Shown piece by piece: positions 1-10,679 of a DNA stretch of 64,000 nucleotides (positions within the stretch are counted from its first letter, which is position 1; each line of letters opens with the position of its first letter). The translations under genes and the position numbers were made by a program. This DNA is from a phage. The stretch is taken from sequence record OZ413489.1. One strand, written 5' to 3'. The notes beneath the pieces were generated by a model that was not told where the DNA came from, searched no databases, and saw only the letters and a list, made by a program, of their open reading frames with translations.

Positions 1-1119
1 AAAACAGCGCTGGATGCTACAATTTCCGATACCAATAAAGCCACTGTGGACCTTATCAACGGCACAGCGTCAGCTATTCGTCAAGAACTTGCTGTTGCTA
101 AGCAGGAGATCATTGATGATGTTGGGGATGTGTCTGAGATCAGGGCTGCAGTAGCTACAACATCTAAGGCTGTAACCGACTTAGAGGGTAAAGTAAATGC
201 TCAATGGGGCACAAAAATACAGGTAGACTCCGCAGGGAATAAATATGTTGCAGGTATTCAGTTGGGGATGGAAGGGTCTGGAGGCCAAGTTCAATCCTAC
301 TTCATGGTTAGCGCAAACAATTTTGCGGTATACAACCCTGGCAATGGAACAGCAACCCTTGCTTTCGCAATCAAGAACAACCAAGCGTTCTTGAAAGACG
401 CTTTTATAGAGAATGGCACGATCTCCTCTGCCAAGATTGCACAAGAAATTTCGTCAAACAACTACGATGGCAACGGGTACCATAAATACGGTTGGTATAT
501 TAACAAGAACGGGCACGCCCAATTTATGGATGTGTGGGTGAAAGGCAACATCAACGCCAGTTCTGGTAACTTCACAGGGGCAGTTAACGCCACTAGTGGT
601 ACCTTCCGTGGGGATGTTTATGCCAATAATGGTAGCTTTAGAGGCACCATAGATGCAACCGGAGGTACCTTCCGTGGTCGTGTAGAAGCTTCTGTTATCC
701 GCGCTAACCAGTTCGAAGGTGCAATTGTTGCACACAGGACTTACGGAGATTGTGCTCCAGTATATAACTCCCAGCAAAGGGTTTGCCGTTGGAGGTGGAG
801 ATACGTAGATAACGTTTCAGGTCAGGGTAAGAACGTAACATTCTTCTTTAAACTGAATGGTACTCTTGCCAGCTCCCAACTGAATGCATGGATAGCTGGT
901 CATCAGATCCTTGCTGGCAAGAAGTATTTTAACGACAACAACGGCATGTGCGCGGTAGGGATAACAGGTCTTGGTGAACAAACTATAGACATTGTTATCG
1001 AGATTTACACACCGTGGTCAACGTCGAGCGTGACAGGTGTCACAATTTCCTGTCCTACTGTGATAGTAAGTCGTTCAAACTCTAGCTTCCAGGGACCTTG
1101 GAACGAGTCTCACGACTAA
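1..1119 (+). CDS. Tail fibre / host-specificity protein, C-terminal part (5' end lies outside the window)
   Basis: Frame is open from position 1 to the stop at 1119. Contains a lambda J/side-fibre-like motif (SYFMVSANNFAVYNPGNG) and short G-x-F-x-G repeats (GNFTGAV, GTFRGDV, GSFRGTI, GTFRGRV). Terminator follows. Confidence 0.7.
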   Translation, partial: KTALDATISDTNKATVDLINGTASAIRQELAVAKQEIIDDVGDVSEIRAAVATTSKAVTDLEGKVNAQWGTKIQVDSAGNKYVAGIQLGMEGSGGQVQSYFMVSANNFAVYNPGNGTATLAFAIKNNQAFLKDAFIENGTISSAKIAQEISSNNYDGNGYHKYGWYINKNGHAQFMDVWVKGNINASSGNFTGAVNATSGTFRGDVYANNGSFRGTIDATGGTFRGRVEASVIRANQFEGAIVAHRTYGDCAPVYNSQQRVCRWRWRYVDNVSGQGKNVTFFFKLNGTLASSQLNAWIAGHQILAGKKYFNDNNGMCAVGITGLGEQTIDIVIEIYTPWSTSSVTGVTISCPTVIVSRSNSSFQGPWNESHD

Positions 1120-1127
1120 CCTTTAAA

Positions 1128-1154
1128 GCCCCGCTTCGGCGGGGTTTATTTTTA
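1128..1154 (+). terminator. Rho-independent terminator
   Basis: GC hairpin gccccgcttcggcgggg followed by tttattttta, directly after the stop at 1119. Confidence 0.7.
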
Positions 1155-1224
1155 TGCTCAGATTGACTATTGTTACAAAATTTGGTAAAATACCTTGTAG
1201 AGATTTTCATACCGGAGGAGTGAC

Positions 1225-2715
1225 GTGGCTAAGTATGGATTGACAGAGGCTGGTTTCGTTATACCAACCCTAAATGACCTAATCGTTGAAACTAAGCAAA
1301 GCCTGATCCGTGCTTTTGGCGAAAACTTCAACGTACAGAGTAACTCCGTTGCAGATAAGCTGACCACTATCTTCAACGAGCGAGAGTATCAACTTATTCT
1401 TATGGCAGCATCTGTATACGCATCACAGACGCTGTATGGGGCAGAAGGTATTTACCTAGATGAGCTTCTTGGAAGACAGGGTATTTACCGAAGAGGCCGT
1501 TCTAAATCATCAGGTACCTGCCAGTTGACAATCAACACAACTGTGCCGTACAATATGATTTATGATTCCAAAACTTATACACTGGATAGTGGCAACTTTG
1601 TTCTTAGCAATGATGTGCAGGTGGCAGGGAATCTTATTGCCCACAGAATAAATGCTCCAGACCTAAGGATTGGTAAATACAACTTTCAAATCACCAACCA
1701 GACAGATGGAAGTATCAAAACAAAAAGTCTGGTTTTAACAGATAAGTCTCTGGACTCTTCTGATCTGCCAAGCTTTTACGGAGAGATTAAGCAGTTCATT
1801 GTCGATAATACAACCCTGTTGAACGACGATTTGATTCAGATCGATATGTTGACAGGAACGTTGTGGATAGGGTACAATTCGAATCTTGATCAAGTTGGAC
1901 TTAATAGTAGGGTAGATTTCAGAGTATCCCCGATTGTAGGGGAAAGAACTATCACACTGGATGTTATCGCTAACGAGGCTGGTGAGCTGTCAAGAGAAGC
2001 AGAAACCGTGACAACAATGTCACCTACTCCTAGTGGATTTATCAAGCTTACCAACCGAGAAAGATTCAATGAGGGCAGGGATGTTGAGAAAGACTCAGAG
2101 TATCGCTTAAGAGCTTCCAGCACAAAACAGTTAACATCTAAGGCTACCCGTCCTGCAATCCTTAGCGCTGTAAGCGAGGTGAAAGGTGTTGAGAAAGTGA
2201 GAGTGTTCTCCAACAACACCGATAAAACTGATGCTAAAGGTATACCTCCTTACAAGTTCCAAGTGGTTGTGTTTGGTGGTGCAACGGAAGACATTTGCCA
2301 AGCACTTTACCAAACTATAGCCTGTACGAACAGGACTTATGGTAATATTTTCTACGATGTCACTACATCTGATGGTCAAACTGAAAGAATTTATTACTCC
2401 AAGGCAAATACCTACCGCCTAGATGTAAGAATTACCTACTCCGGTGCCGCACTTTCCACAACCGAAAAAGATGCCATTGTAGAGGCTCTTTTGCAGGTTG
2501 TTAACGGACTGGATGTTGCAGATACGTTGTATAATATCCAATTGGTCGGCGCTGCATCTGCTGCTGTATCAATAGGCAGATTTAATAGACTGGTAATTCA
2601 AGTTAAACCAGTAGGAGCTTCTGATGAAGCTTACACTACAAACGATATTGTTGCGAACATGACCGAGGTGTTTGACCTCGACGAAAGTAATATAACTTTC
2701 CAACAAACTATTTAA
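1225..2715 (+). CDS. Baseplate J-like protein (putative)
   Basis: 496 aa; RBS ggagg before the GTG start; N- and C-terminal residue patterns resemble P2 gpJ-type baseplate proteins; sits in a tail gene cluster. Confidence 0.5.
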   Translation: MAKYGLTEAGFVIPTLNDLIVETKQSLIRAFGENFNVQSNSVADKLTTIFNEREYQLILMAASVYASQTLYGAEGIYLDELLGRQGIYRRGRSKSSGTCQLTINTTVPYNMIYDSKTYTLDSGNFVLSNDVQVAGNLIAHRINAPDLRIGKYNFQITNQTDGSIKTKSLVLTDKSLDSSDLPSFYGEIKQFIVDNTTLLNDDLIQIDMLTGTLWIGYNSNLDQVGLNSRVDFRVSPIVGERTITLDVIANEAGELSREAETVTTMSPTPSGFIKLTNRERFNEGRDVEKDSEYRLRASSTKQLTSKATRPAILSAVSEVKGVEKVRVFSNNTDKTDAKGIPPYKFQVVVFGGATEDICQALYQTIACTNRTYGNIFYDVTTSDGQTERIYYSKANTYRLDVRITYSGAALSTTEKDAIVEALLQVVNGLDVADTLYNIQLVGAASAAVSIGRFNRLVIQVKPVGASDEAYTTNDIVANMTEVFDLDESNITFQQTI

Positions 2716-2726
2716 GGCGGCGAGAT

Positions 2727-3413
2727 ATGGCAGAGATTAAGTCGGATGTTAACCACATCCACACTCTGCCAGATTTTGTTCAGGGAGGTCTTGACTACCT
2801 GCCTGGAGATTTTCTGGCTGAGAAGGTTAATTTGGTCACATTCTTAACCGTGTACCTTAAAAGGTTGGAGGATGTTGATAAGATGCTGGTAGGTTTGGCT
2901 GAAGGAAGATTGCTTAACAATGCCAGCGGAAGATACCTTGACGAAGTTGGTAATCAACTTGGTATTCTTAGGAATGGACTTTCAGATGCTGATTTTCGTG
3001 CCACACTAATTATTCAGCAGGCCGCAGCATCAAGGGGCGGGACTCGCGAAGATGTCATCTCCACCTTGCGACAATTGTTCGGAAGAAACAATTTCGATAC
3101 GTGGAAAGGAGACAACTTCAGGTTTGACATAAATATTAGAAAAACTTGCTTTGACATATTGCAGTCTATCGATCAGATCTTAGATATGCTACCATTGCCT
3201 TGTCATTTGCGTCTTACAGAATCGCAAGGGCAAGCTTTTGGTTTTGAAGGGGACCATACAGCTCTTGGCTTCGGATCAGTGTGGGAAGAAAACCAATTCG
3301 GAGTTGGTGGGCTGGCTACTTTGCTGTATGTTCCTGACGTAAGACCTGATTGGGACACCACAACCATTTATTGTGAAAGTATTACAGTAAACGCAACTAG
3401 ACAGGAGGGTTAA
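2727..3413 (+). CDS. Baseplate/tail protein, gpI-like (putative)
   Basis: 228 aa; tightly coupled to flanking genes (stop/start overlap at 3413); position after the J-like gene. Confidence 0.4.
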   Translation: MAEIKSDVNHIHTLPDFVQGGLDYLPGDFLAEKVNLVTFLTVYLKRLEDVDKMLVGLAEGRLLNNASGRYLDEVGNQLGILRNGLSDADFRATLIIQQAAASRGGTREDVISTLRQLFGRNNFDTWKGDNFRFDINIRKTCFDILQSIDQILDMLPLPCHLRLTESQGQAFGFEGDHTALGFGSVWEENQFGVGGLATLLYVPDVRPDWDTTTIYCESITVNATRQEG

Positions 3414-5485
3414 TGGCAACAGCTATTTTTAAACCTTACCGTGATTACTCTACAATGGCTGCACGGTTTCATTACCGCACAGTTCAGGATACTGCAGTTC
3501 CTGGTAGGGATTATAATCATGTTGAGGGTGATGTAACTATCCCAATTGGGGCAACCAGTATTGAGATCCCAGTGGAAATTGTTGACAAATTACCCAACAG
3601 GTTGCCAAGAAGCTTCTTTATGGAGTTTTCATCAAAATCTCAAGGGGTGATGATTGGAACACAAAGGGCGAAATGTACAATAGTTTCAGATGAGAATCTT
3701 GACAGGATATCTTGGGATACTGTCGAGGAGAGAATGTTTCACCCAAGATATTGGGTTACATCTACCCAGCAGACTGAAAGCACCTGTATTGTTGCAGATA
3801 ATAACTGTTGTATTAACCGTTTAGTGTCAAGAACATATGGAGGTATGGCTGGGTGCATTTGGGAAACAGTTGACAAGTATGACCATTTCGGTATTGGGTT
3901 TGATGATCATTATGAGATGAGAAATACCAAGCTTTGGTTCAGAATGTCAATAACCAACGCCAGCAACTTCTCCACTCCTGAAAAGATGATTATGACTGTA
4001 GACCTTGTTGATGGCACAATCATCTATGTTCCTTTAGCTCAATATGCTGTCAGCATCTCAGAGGATAAGAATGTTGCAGAAATTCATATTGATTTCGAGG
4101 ACTGCGTCGGGATGGACCAGAACAACAATATGATGGGTGTTGATCCTCGACAGGTGAGAAGGATTTTAATACCGCTTATGCCTAAAGATTGGGTAAGCAA
4201 TAGCACAAACCCAAGAACGGAAAATGTAGAGTGTGAGTTGCGCCTAGATCTGCTTCAGCCAGACACAGGCTGGAAAATGATGCAACTTAACAATATTCAG
4301 GTGAAAGAACACGACGTTGGGATCTGCACAGCATATGACGATATGTGGAACGTGTCTCCTTTAAGGGTGTTGAACAATATCAAGCGTCTGGGCTATACCG
4401 GAACCATAAACCATTATGTTGGTATGAGTCATTATTATGACTACACATGGTCAGGAACTCAATGGTCTATAAACAGAACAGGAGCGCTAAACGCTGCAGC
4501 TTATAAATGGCATGATGATTTTATGTACAATGCCAAACGACATAACTTCGACGTTATGCAATCTGTAAGTTTTGAGCTTTTCAGCGATGCCTGCCCGTTG
4601 GAATGGACCCAAAGAGACTGGAACGATAACTACGCTAAAACAGGGTATACACCTTGTAGCTACCTCCTGTCTCCAACCATTGAAGAGGGTATGAATTTCC
4701 TTACTGCAGTATTTAAGAATTTTGCATCAGCCGCTATGAGAAACAACCTGCCAGTGATTATGCAGGTTGGTGAACCGTGGTGGTGGTACAATACCGATAC
4801 TCGTAGACCTTGTATTTATGATTACCCTACAAAGCAGGCGTTTTATGATGAGACAGGTGAGTATGCATTAGATATTGGGACTATTGACGATCCTAAAACT
4901 GGCGGTGTTTACGACAAGTATGTAGCATTTTGTCGTGGTAAGCTTGGCGCTCGTATTGCGGCTATTTCAAAGGCAATAAAGGCACACGCTGCATCAGCTC
5001 AGATGACAGCTCTACTGTTTTTCCCAACCATTATGGAAACCGAGCTTACGCAAAAGCTTAACCTTGCTGACCAATATAAAAAGGAAGCAGGTGCTCTTGA
5101 TTTCTTCTGCACCGAGTGCTACGATTGGGTGATGCAGGGAGGTATTGAAAAGGCAAAAGAGTCTGTAAACATACCTATCGTTAAGTTAGGTTGGCAACCG
5201 TCTGAAATACAATACCTTGCAGGGTTCGTTCCTAGTAAAGAGCTTGCTCCGGTATATGGTTACGACCCAACCAGGAATTACCAAGAATTTTTATGGAGAT
5301 GTATTTGCGGAAACATGGCAACTATAGAGTATAGATATCCTGAGGTAAAACAGTATGTGTGGGCATACCCGCAAGTAATGTCTGACAGCATCACTGTTAC
5401 CGCTAGAGATTCTACCGTGCTTCATATGGGGCAGGTTGCTCTGAAAGGGTATGTAGAAGATGTTGTCCCGCCAGACTTCTCATAA
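3413..5485 (+). CDS. Tail fibre / baseplate structural protein
   Basis: 690 aa ORF, start overlaps upstream stop (ATGG); within tail module; no recognisable enzymatic motif. Confidence 0.55.
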   Translation: MATAIFKPYRDYSTMAARFHYRTVQDTAVPGRDYNHVEGDVTIPIGATSIEIPVEIVDKLPNRLPRSFFMEFSSKSQGVMIGTQRAKCTIVSDENLDRISWDTVEERMFHPRYWVTSTQQTESTCIVADNNCCINRLVSRTYGGMAGCIWETVDKYDHFGIGFDDHYEMRNTKLWFRMSITNASNFSTPEKMIMTVDLVDGTIIYVPLAQYAVSISEDKNVAEIHIDFEDCVGMDQNNNMMGVDPRQVRRILIPLMPKDWVSNSTNPRTENVECELRLDLLQPDTGWKMMQLNNIQVKEHDVGICTAYDDMWNVSPLRVLNNIKRLGYTGTINHYVGMSHYYDYTWSGTQWSINRTGALNAAAYKWHDDFMYNAKRHNFDVMQSVSFELFSDACPLEWTQRDWNDNYAKTGYTPCSYLLSPTIEEGMNFLTAVFKNFASAAMRNNLPVIMQVGEPWWWYNTDTRRPCIYDYPTKQAFYDETGEYALDIGTIDDPKTGGVYDKYVAFCRGKLGARIAAISKAIKAHAASAQMTALLFFPTIMETELTQKLNLADQYKKEAGALDFFCTECYDWVMQGGIEKAKESVNIPIVKLGWQPSEIQYLAGFVPSKELAPVYGYDPTRNYQEFLWRCICGNMATIEYRYPEVKQYVWAYPQVMSDSITVTARDSTVLHMGQVALKGYVEDVVPPDFS

Positions 5486-5497
5486 TCAGGAGATAAA

Positions 5498-6538
5498 ATG
5501 TCAAAACCTAGTTTTCCATTAGAGATTTGGGCAGAGGAGGATCAGGTTCTGCCTAACACCCACAGACAGAACAGGCTACGCCCGATTGATGATTTGTGGA
5601 GAAAAGGTTGGGATCTTGGTCAAAAGCCCTCATGTGAAGAACTTAACTATATTTTCAATATGCTCGGGACTTGGGCAAAATACATCGCTGACGAGCAGAT
5701 CCCCGCTCAAGAAGGCCGTTATCTGGTACGTGATAATAACTTGAGTGATCTTTTGAACATTCCTGTTGCCCGTAGAAACCTTGGGATTATTACTAAGGAA
5801 GAGGCAGACGCCAGGTATGTAAAAGTTACAGGTGATACAATGACAGGCCCATTGGGTTTGCAACGTATCAACTTTAAAGCTGCCGAGTCAGATAAGGCTT
5901 GGATAGAGACAACTATTGGCCCAGATAAGACAACTCTCGACTTTGGGTTAAGTGATAATACCGGGTCGTTTGATGATGGTGGTACATCTACAGTGGATGC
6001 GTTCCGTTGGAGATTCCAGCCAACTCAGCCGGATATTAATCCAGAGTTCACTTTGATGTACCTTAACGCGATCACGGCTAACCGTGCGCTGTTGAAAGTG
6101 GTAGGCAATGTTGAAGTTGTCGATAACATGAGGTGCAATAACCTTACTATCAGCAATACAGCGACATTCACCAACTGTAATGTGGCTAGTCAGTTGACGG
6201 CTGGGTCAGTGTATGTTAATGGTGGTGCAAGTTGTGACAGTATGGTTGTAAGAAGCCAGCACTGTGTTGTCGGTAACAGAAATGTGGTTCGCTCTGTGAA
6301 CGGAGTGACGGCTAACGGTAACGGTGATGTAACGATCACTATCCCGCAGACAGGTGTGCAAGACATCAGAATCGGTGCAAGACTTGTTGACGGCGTTTCC
6401 GAATCTCCAATTCGCAACGGCTACGTTGTCACAGGCTGGCATTTCGGTGACAAAAAAGAGATGCGTGGTTCAACCTACTGGGCAGGACCTTTACAAAAAC
6501 TTGTAAACGGTCAATGGATCACTGTTAATTATGCATAG
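5498..6538 (+). CDS. Tail fibre protein (receptor-binding candidate), paralogue 1
   Basis: 346 aa; homologous over its full length to 7553-8596; shared C-terminus QKLVNGQWITVNYA; GDTMTGPLGLQRI motif common in tail fibres. Confidence 0.7.
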   Translation: MSKPSFPLEIWAEEDQVLPNTHRQNRLRPIDDLWRKGWDLGQKPSCEELNYIFNMLGTWAKYIADEQIPAQEGRYLVRDNNLSDLLNIPVARRNLGIITKEEADARYVKVTGDTMTGPLGLQRINFKAAESDKAWIETTIGPDKTTLDFGLSDNTGSFDDGGTSTVDAFRWRFQPTQPDINPEFTLMYLNAITANRALLKVVGNVEVVDNMRCNNLTISNTATFTNCNVASQLTAGSVYVNGGASCDSMVVRSQHCVVGNRNVVRSVNGVTANGNGDVTITIPQTGVQDIRIGARLVDGVSESPIRNGYVVTGWHFGDKKEMRGSTYWAGPLQKLVNGQWITVNYA

Positions 6539-6552
6539 ATCGGAGGACTAGC

Positions 6553-7137
6553 ATGAAAATACTTCAAGAGTTTAAACTTTACCAACCGGGATCTGGCGAA
6601 TACCACTCCAACAAGGAAACCAAGGAGCTGACCCCTCAAGAGGTTGAGGATTACACCGCATACACTGGGTATTTTTTACGTAATGATGATGGCGATTGGT
6701 ATGTGCAGTCACGAACATTACGACAAGAAAATCCGGGTTGTATCTTCCTACTTGTTGACGAGAAGGGAATTCTTAAGACATCTACAGAAGAACCTGATGC
6801 CTTATGGCCTGCTCCAGGTCTTCGTGTGGTTATCGCCAAAAAAGAAGAGGTACCAGAAAACATTATGCTTCACCACGACGCTTTGCGTTTAGTTGGTGAT
6901 GAATTTGTCACAGATAATGAATTCTTTGTTCAACAGGCAGAGGGTGTCATAGAGACAGAACTTGCTTGGGCTACTGCTAGAATTGGTGCCTATCAAGACA
7001 TGATTGACCTTGAATATGATCTTACTGATGACCAGAAACGTAACATCAGAGATTTGAAAATGTACAGGGTAAAACTTCTTGAAATAGATACATCTAAAGC
7101 CCCTGACATTTTCTTCCCGGAGCGACCTACCCTCTAA
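6553..7137 (+). CDS. Tail fibre assembly chaperone (Tfa-like)
   Basis: 194 aa; C-terminal motif MYRVKLLEIDTSKAPDIFFPERP matches the conserved Tfa C-terminus (YR..L..iD.S.APDI.WP..P). Confidence 0.75.
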   Translation: MKILQEFKLYQPGSGEYHSNKETKELTPQEVEDYTAYTGYFLRNDDGDWYVQSRTLRQENPGCIFLLVDEKGILKTSTEEPDALWPAPGLRVVIAKKEEVPENIMLHHDALRLVGDEFVTDNEFFVQQAEGVIETELAWATARIGAYQDMIDLEYDLTDDQKRNIRDLKMYRVKLLEIDTSKAPDIFFPERPTL

Positions 7138-7148
7138 GAGGAGGTGTT

Positions 7149-7463
7149 GTGGAGTTGGATTTGGCGGCATTGTACGGTATCTGCATGGGTACCGTTGTCC
7201 CGATCTGTGTATGGGCTTTCAACCAGTGGCACACCAAATGGAAAGGCATTTCCAAGAGGTTGGATGAACTGGAGAAAGACCTCATCTTAGTGAAAAACAG
7301 TATGGTTACAAAAGATAAACTTGATTCCGTTATCGAGACCCGGTTAAGCAAGCTAGAGGCCGATATTAACGACCTTAAGCAGGATGTCAGGACAGATGTC
7401 TCCGGCATCCGAGCTGATGTACAAAAGATTTTGCACATGCTCGTAGAGCATAGTAAAAGGTAA
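7149..7463 (+). CDS. Membrane-anchored coiled-coil protein
   Basis: 104 aa; RBS aagaggagg + GTG start; N-terminal hydrophobic helix (LAALYGICMGTVVPICVWAF) then a heptad-like charged region. Confidence 0.45.
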   Translation: MELDLAALYGICMGTVVPICVWAFNQWHTKWKGISKRLDELEKDLILVKNSMVTKDKLDSVIETRLSKLEADINDLKQDVRTDVSGIRADVQKILHMLVEHSKR

Positions 7464-7552
7464 ACAAAGGTCAGAACGGAAAGGACTCCGTTCTTGCATT
7501 TTGTTCTCTAAAGTGTTAAAATAGTCCTAAGGAATTTTCTCAGGAGAACGTG

Positions 7553-8596
7553 ATGACTAAACCAGTTATCCCTCTTGATATTTGGGCCAATCAGGATGTT
7601 GTGCTTGAAAATACGGGAGAGTTGAATAAATCTCAACCAAAAAAAGAAGAGAGATTGAAAGGTTGGGATATGACACAAAGAGTGGCATGTGAAGTTGTTA
7701 ACTTTGAACTCCACATGCTTTCTGCGTGGTTAAAGCATTTAACAGAAGATGTTGTCCCAGGATGGGATAATAGATTCTTAAGGGTCACTAATAATCTAGC
7801 AGACGTTCCAGACAAAGCTGCTGCACGTCAAGTTCTCAATGTATACTCGCCTGAAGAAATGGACGATCTGTATGTTGACAAGTCTGGAGACATAATGACT
7901 CAGACTCAAACTTTAGGCCTTCAAAGAATCGAGTTTGCATCTGCGTCAACAGACAATGCGGCAATATATACCACCATAACTCCAGACAAGACGACGATGG
8001 ATTTCTGGATTATGGACAACATCGGTGGTGCTGACGGCACAGACCTTGATGATCCTTCTCACCAAATAGACGGGTTCCGTTGGAGATTTCAACCTTCTGG
8101 TGGGCAGCCTGTGTTTTCGGCTATGAAGCTCAATGCTATAACTGCCAACCGTGCAAGACTGGCCATCCAAGGAAATCTTGAATGCAACGATGCAAAAAGT
8201 TCCTCTGCAAATGCCAATGCGGTCACGATACCAAGAGCCACTGTTAACGGACAACAATCCTGCGGAATCGCTCAAATAGGTGGAAGAGTTGATTGTAACG
8301 ATGAAACAGTCAGGGGTCAATATGCAACAGTTGGTGGAAGAAACGTGGTCCGCAGGGTAAATGGTAACGGCGCAGACAGTAGTGGTAACCTTACTATCCC
8401 TATGCCCAGCAGAGGGGTTGATGATGTAAGGATAGCAAACCGTTTCAAAACCACCTACAGAGAGTCAAGAGTCTACCCTGGACATGTGATGTGCTCTGGT
8501 AACTACGCTTATAAACACCCTTATCAAGGTGATTACTGGACAGGTGCTATCCAAAAACTTGTAAATGGTCAATGGATCACTATATCTTATGCTTAA
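7553..8596 (+). CDS. Tail fibre protein (receptor-binding candidate), paralogue 2
   Basis: About 347 aa from the ATG at 7553 (RBS caggag); homologous to 5498-6538; C-terminus QKLVNGQWITISYA. Confidence 0.7.
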   Translation: MTKPVIPLDIWANQDVVLENTGELNKSQPKKEERLKGWDMTQRVACEVVNFELHMLSAWLKHLTEDVVPGWDNRFLRVTNNLADVPDKAAARQVLNVYSPEEMDDLYVDKSGDIMTQTQTLGLQRIEFASASTDNAAIYTTITPDKTTMDFWIMDNIGGADGTDLDDPSHQIDGFRWRFQPSGGQPVFSAMKLNAITANRARLAIQGNLECNDAKSSSANANAVTIPRATVNGQQSCGIAQIGGRVDCNDETVRGQYATVGGRNVVRRVNGNGADSSGNLTIPMPSRGVDDVRIANRFKTTYRESRVYPGHVMCSGNYAYKHPYQGDYWTGAIQKLVNGQWITISYA

Positions 8597-8607
8597 AAAG
8601 AGGGTAA

Positions 8608-8874
8608 ATGAAACTAACTCAGTTTTTATGGGGACTGGTTGCGGCATCTGATGACCCTACGAAAGTGTCCCAAACTAAGCTATGGTCGAACATAGGCATG
8701 GCGGTGATGACTGGGGTGTTTATTCATATGGGGTATAATGATACGCTTCCTGAATGGTATGCGTGGATATACGCGCCTTCAGTAGCTTGCCCCCAGCTTA
8801 TTAGCAAATTCATCTCGCTCCGGTGGGGTTGCCAGCACCCTGACCACGTTAAAAACGAAGAGCAAAAAGCTTAA
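8608..8874 (+). CDS. Small membrane protein
   Basis: 88 aa; hydrophobic segment NIGMAVMTGVFIHMGY; RBS agagggtaa. Confidence 0.4.
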   Translation: MKLTQFLWGLVAASDDPTKVSQTKLWSNIGMAVMTGVFIHMGYNDTLPEWYAWIYAPSVACPQLISKFISLRWGCQHPDHVKNEEQKA

Positions 8875-8883
8875 GGAGAAATC

Positions 8884-10629
8884 ATGGCGCAAGACATGAC
8901 AAGCTTTGAGCAGGCGGTAGATCAAGTAATTGTTGATTCTGAACGTTTGCACCTGATTGTCAACGGTAACGCTGTGGATGAAGTTGTCGTAGAGGATGGG
9001 ACCACCATCCCTACGGTACGAAAAGCCATGCTTGACACCCTTTATTTTAAAACGCCACCGATCCCTTGGGCGTATGGTGCATCCACAACAGTTTTTAACC
9101 AGCTGTACGAGTTTAAAGGGGACACAGGCCCTCAGTGGTGGTACGCTCCCGCAGCATCAAAATCTAACCCGGTTAGAATGCCAGCAGATCCTTCACAATC
9201 TCCAAACTGGAGATTATATACCGATTCTGCAGTAATGGCAAAATACTACGCAAAACTTAACAGTCCGAGGTTCGAAGGTGACCCGCGAGTACCTACGCCT
9301 CCAATGGACGACAAATCCGAGTCTATAGCAAACACAGAGTTTGTTGTTGACTATGTGGATAGCATATTTGAAGCCATGGAGGGAATGAAAGTTACTGTAG
9401 GGTCTTTGGTGGTAAAAGGTCTTACAGAACTTGCTAACACTATAGTTGGTGGCACACTCACCTTACATGGGCCTGTTAATGGAGCAGATTCTACTGCACG
9501 CTTCAGGAACCTAATCCTCACGGCAAATACTTCTACACTTACTTTTGCGTGGAGTGATCCTAAGCATGCAGACTGGAGAAGCACAGAGCTGCAACCTCAT
9601 GAAGTGTCCACCCACAGGGTTATAGCTGACACTATAACTTCTGGGAAACCAGTGGCTAATAATAACGATGTGCATTTTGATGGTCTAGGTAATAACTTTT
9701 TTGACTACGTGTACATTCGTGGTAATGCCATGAAGGCAGCAACCGAACCGACATTGCAGGTAGATGGAACCACCAGGGTTAAGAACCTTGAGGTGACAGG
9801 CACTGTTACAGGGATAACCTACTCTGTCGATGGCACCATGATTTACCCTAGCTATATTGAAAGCACGGGGGACGCATTAATAAATGGTGATTTAGAAGTT
9901 GGCGGATCTGTAGTTATTCGAGGTACAGCCTCTATCCAAAACATAGCTCTGAATACCCTAAGAGTCAATGAGCGTGCAACTTTTGAAGGGGAAGGGCTTA
10001 CAGCCAACAAAGGTGTAATTACCGAGCTGACAACCACTACTTTAACTGCAACAACTGCAAACTCTGAAAACTGCAACGTTACCAGAAACTTGCAGGTAAA
10101 TGGAGATGTTAGTTTAAACGCAGCAGGGACGGGCACCACCTACCTTCACAACCTTGAAATATCCGGCACAGTGACTGGGTGGCTGCCAGACTTCTCTAAT
10201 GTCAACTTTGTTTGTAATGGCATTAACTCCAGTGGCAAGATAACCACCTCTCAAGAAATTGAGGCGGGTAAAACCATTACTGCCCCTACTTTCCACGCAG
10301 GAAAGGTAGATTTTGATTTAGAGGAGGTTGACGCGTCCAGTGGGACATGGACACCTAACGGGCAGGCCAGTATGTATGTTGTCCACGCGAAAGGGGATTT
10401 TACAATAGGACAATGGCCTGGTACATCAGCGGAAGATAAACCTTATCCATTCACTGCGGTTATCTATGTCATTCAGGATGCTGTAGGTCACAACGTGACT
10501 TTGCACGATAAGTATGCTATCCTGTCGGCAACGCCTGTTATTAATAACAAGGCTAATAGTGTTACCTTGCTGCAATTAACATATTGTGGTGTTGGTGATA
10601 TCGTAGACGTAGTAATTGCACAACGTTAA
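8884..10629 (+). CDS. Tail fibre / tailspike-like structural protein
   Basis: 581 aa; RBS aaggagaaatc; T/G/N-rich repetitive beta-type composition; terminator immediately downstream. Confidence 0.55.
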   Translation: MAQDMTSFEQAVDQVIVDSERLHLIVNGNAVDEVVVEDGTTIPTVRKAMLDTLYFKTPPIPWAYGASTTVFNQLYEFKGDTGPQWWYAPAASKSNPVRMPADPSQSPNWRLYTDSAVMAKYYAKLNSPRFEGDPRVPTPPMDDKSESIANTEFVVDYVDSIFEAMEGMKVTVGSLVVKGLTELANTIVGGTLTLHGPVNGADSTARFRNLILTANTSTLTFAWSDPKHADWRSTELQPHEVSTHRVIADTITSGKPVANNNDVHFDGLGNNFFDYVYIRGNAMKAATEPTLQVDGTTRVKNLEVTGTVTGITYSVDGTMIYPSYIESTGDALINGDLEVGGSVVIRGTASIQNIALNTLRVNERATFEGEGLTANKGVITELTTTTLTATTANSENCNVTRNLQVNGDVSLNAAGTGTTYLHNLEISGTVTGWLPDFSNVNFVCNGINSSGKITTSQEIEAGKTITAPTFHAGKVDFDLEEVDASSGTWTPNGQASMYVVHAKGDFTIGQWPGTSAEDKPYPFTAVIYVIQDAVGHNVTLHDKYAILSATPVINNKANSVTLLQLTYCGVGDIVDVVIAQR

Positions 10630-10638
10630 TATATATCT

Positions 10639-10668
10639 AACCGCTCCTGACGGGGCGGTTTTCTTATC
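10639..10668 (+). terminator. Rho-independent terminator
   Basis: Hairpin accgctcc-tgac-ggggcggt followed by tttcttatct. Confidence 0.65.
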
Positions 10669-10679
10669 TGGAGAACACA

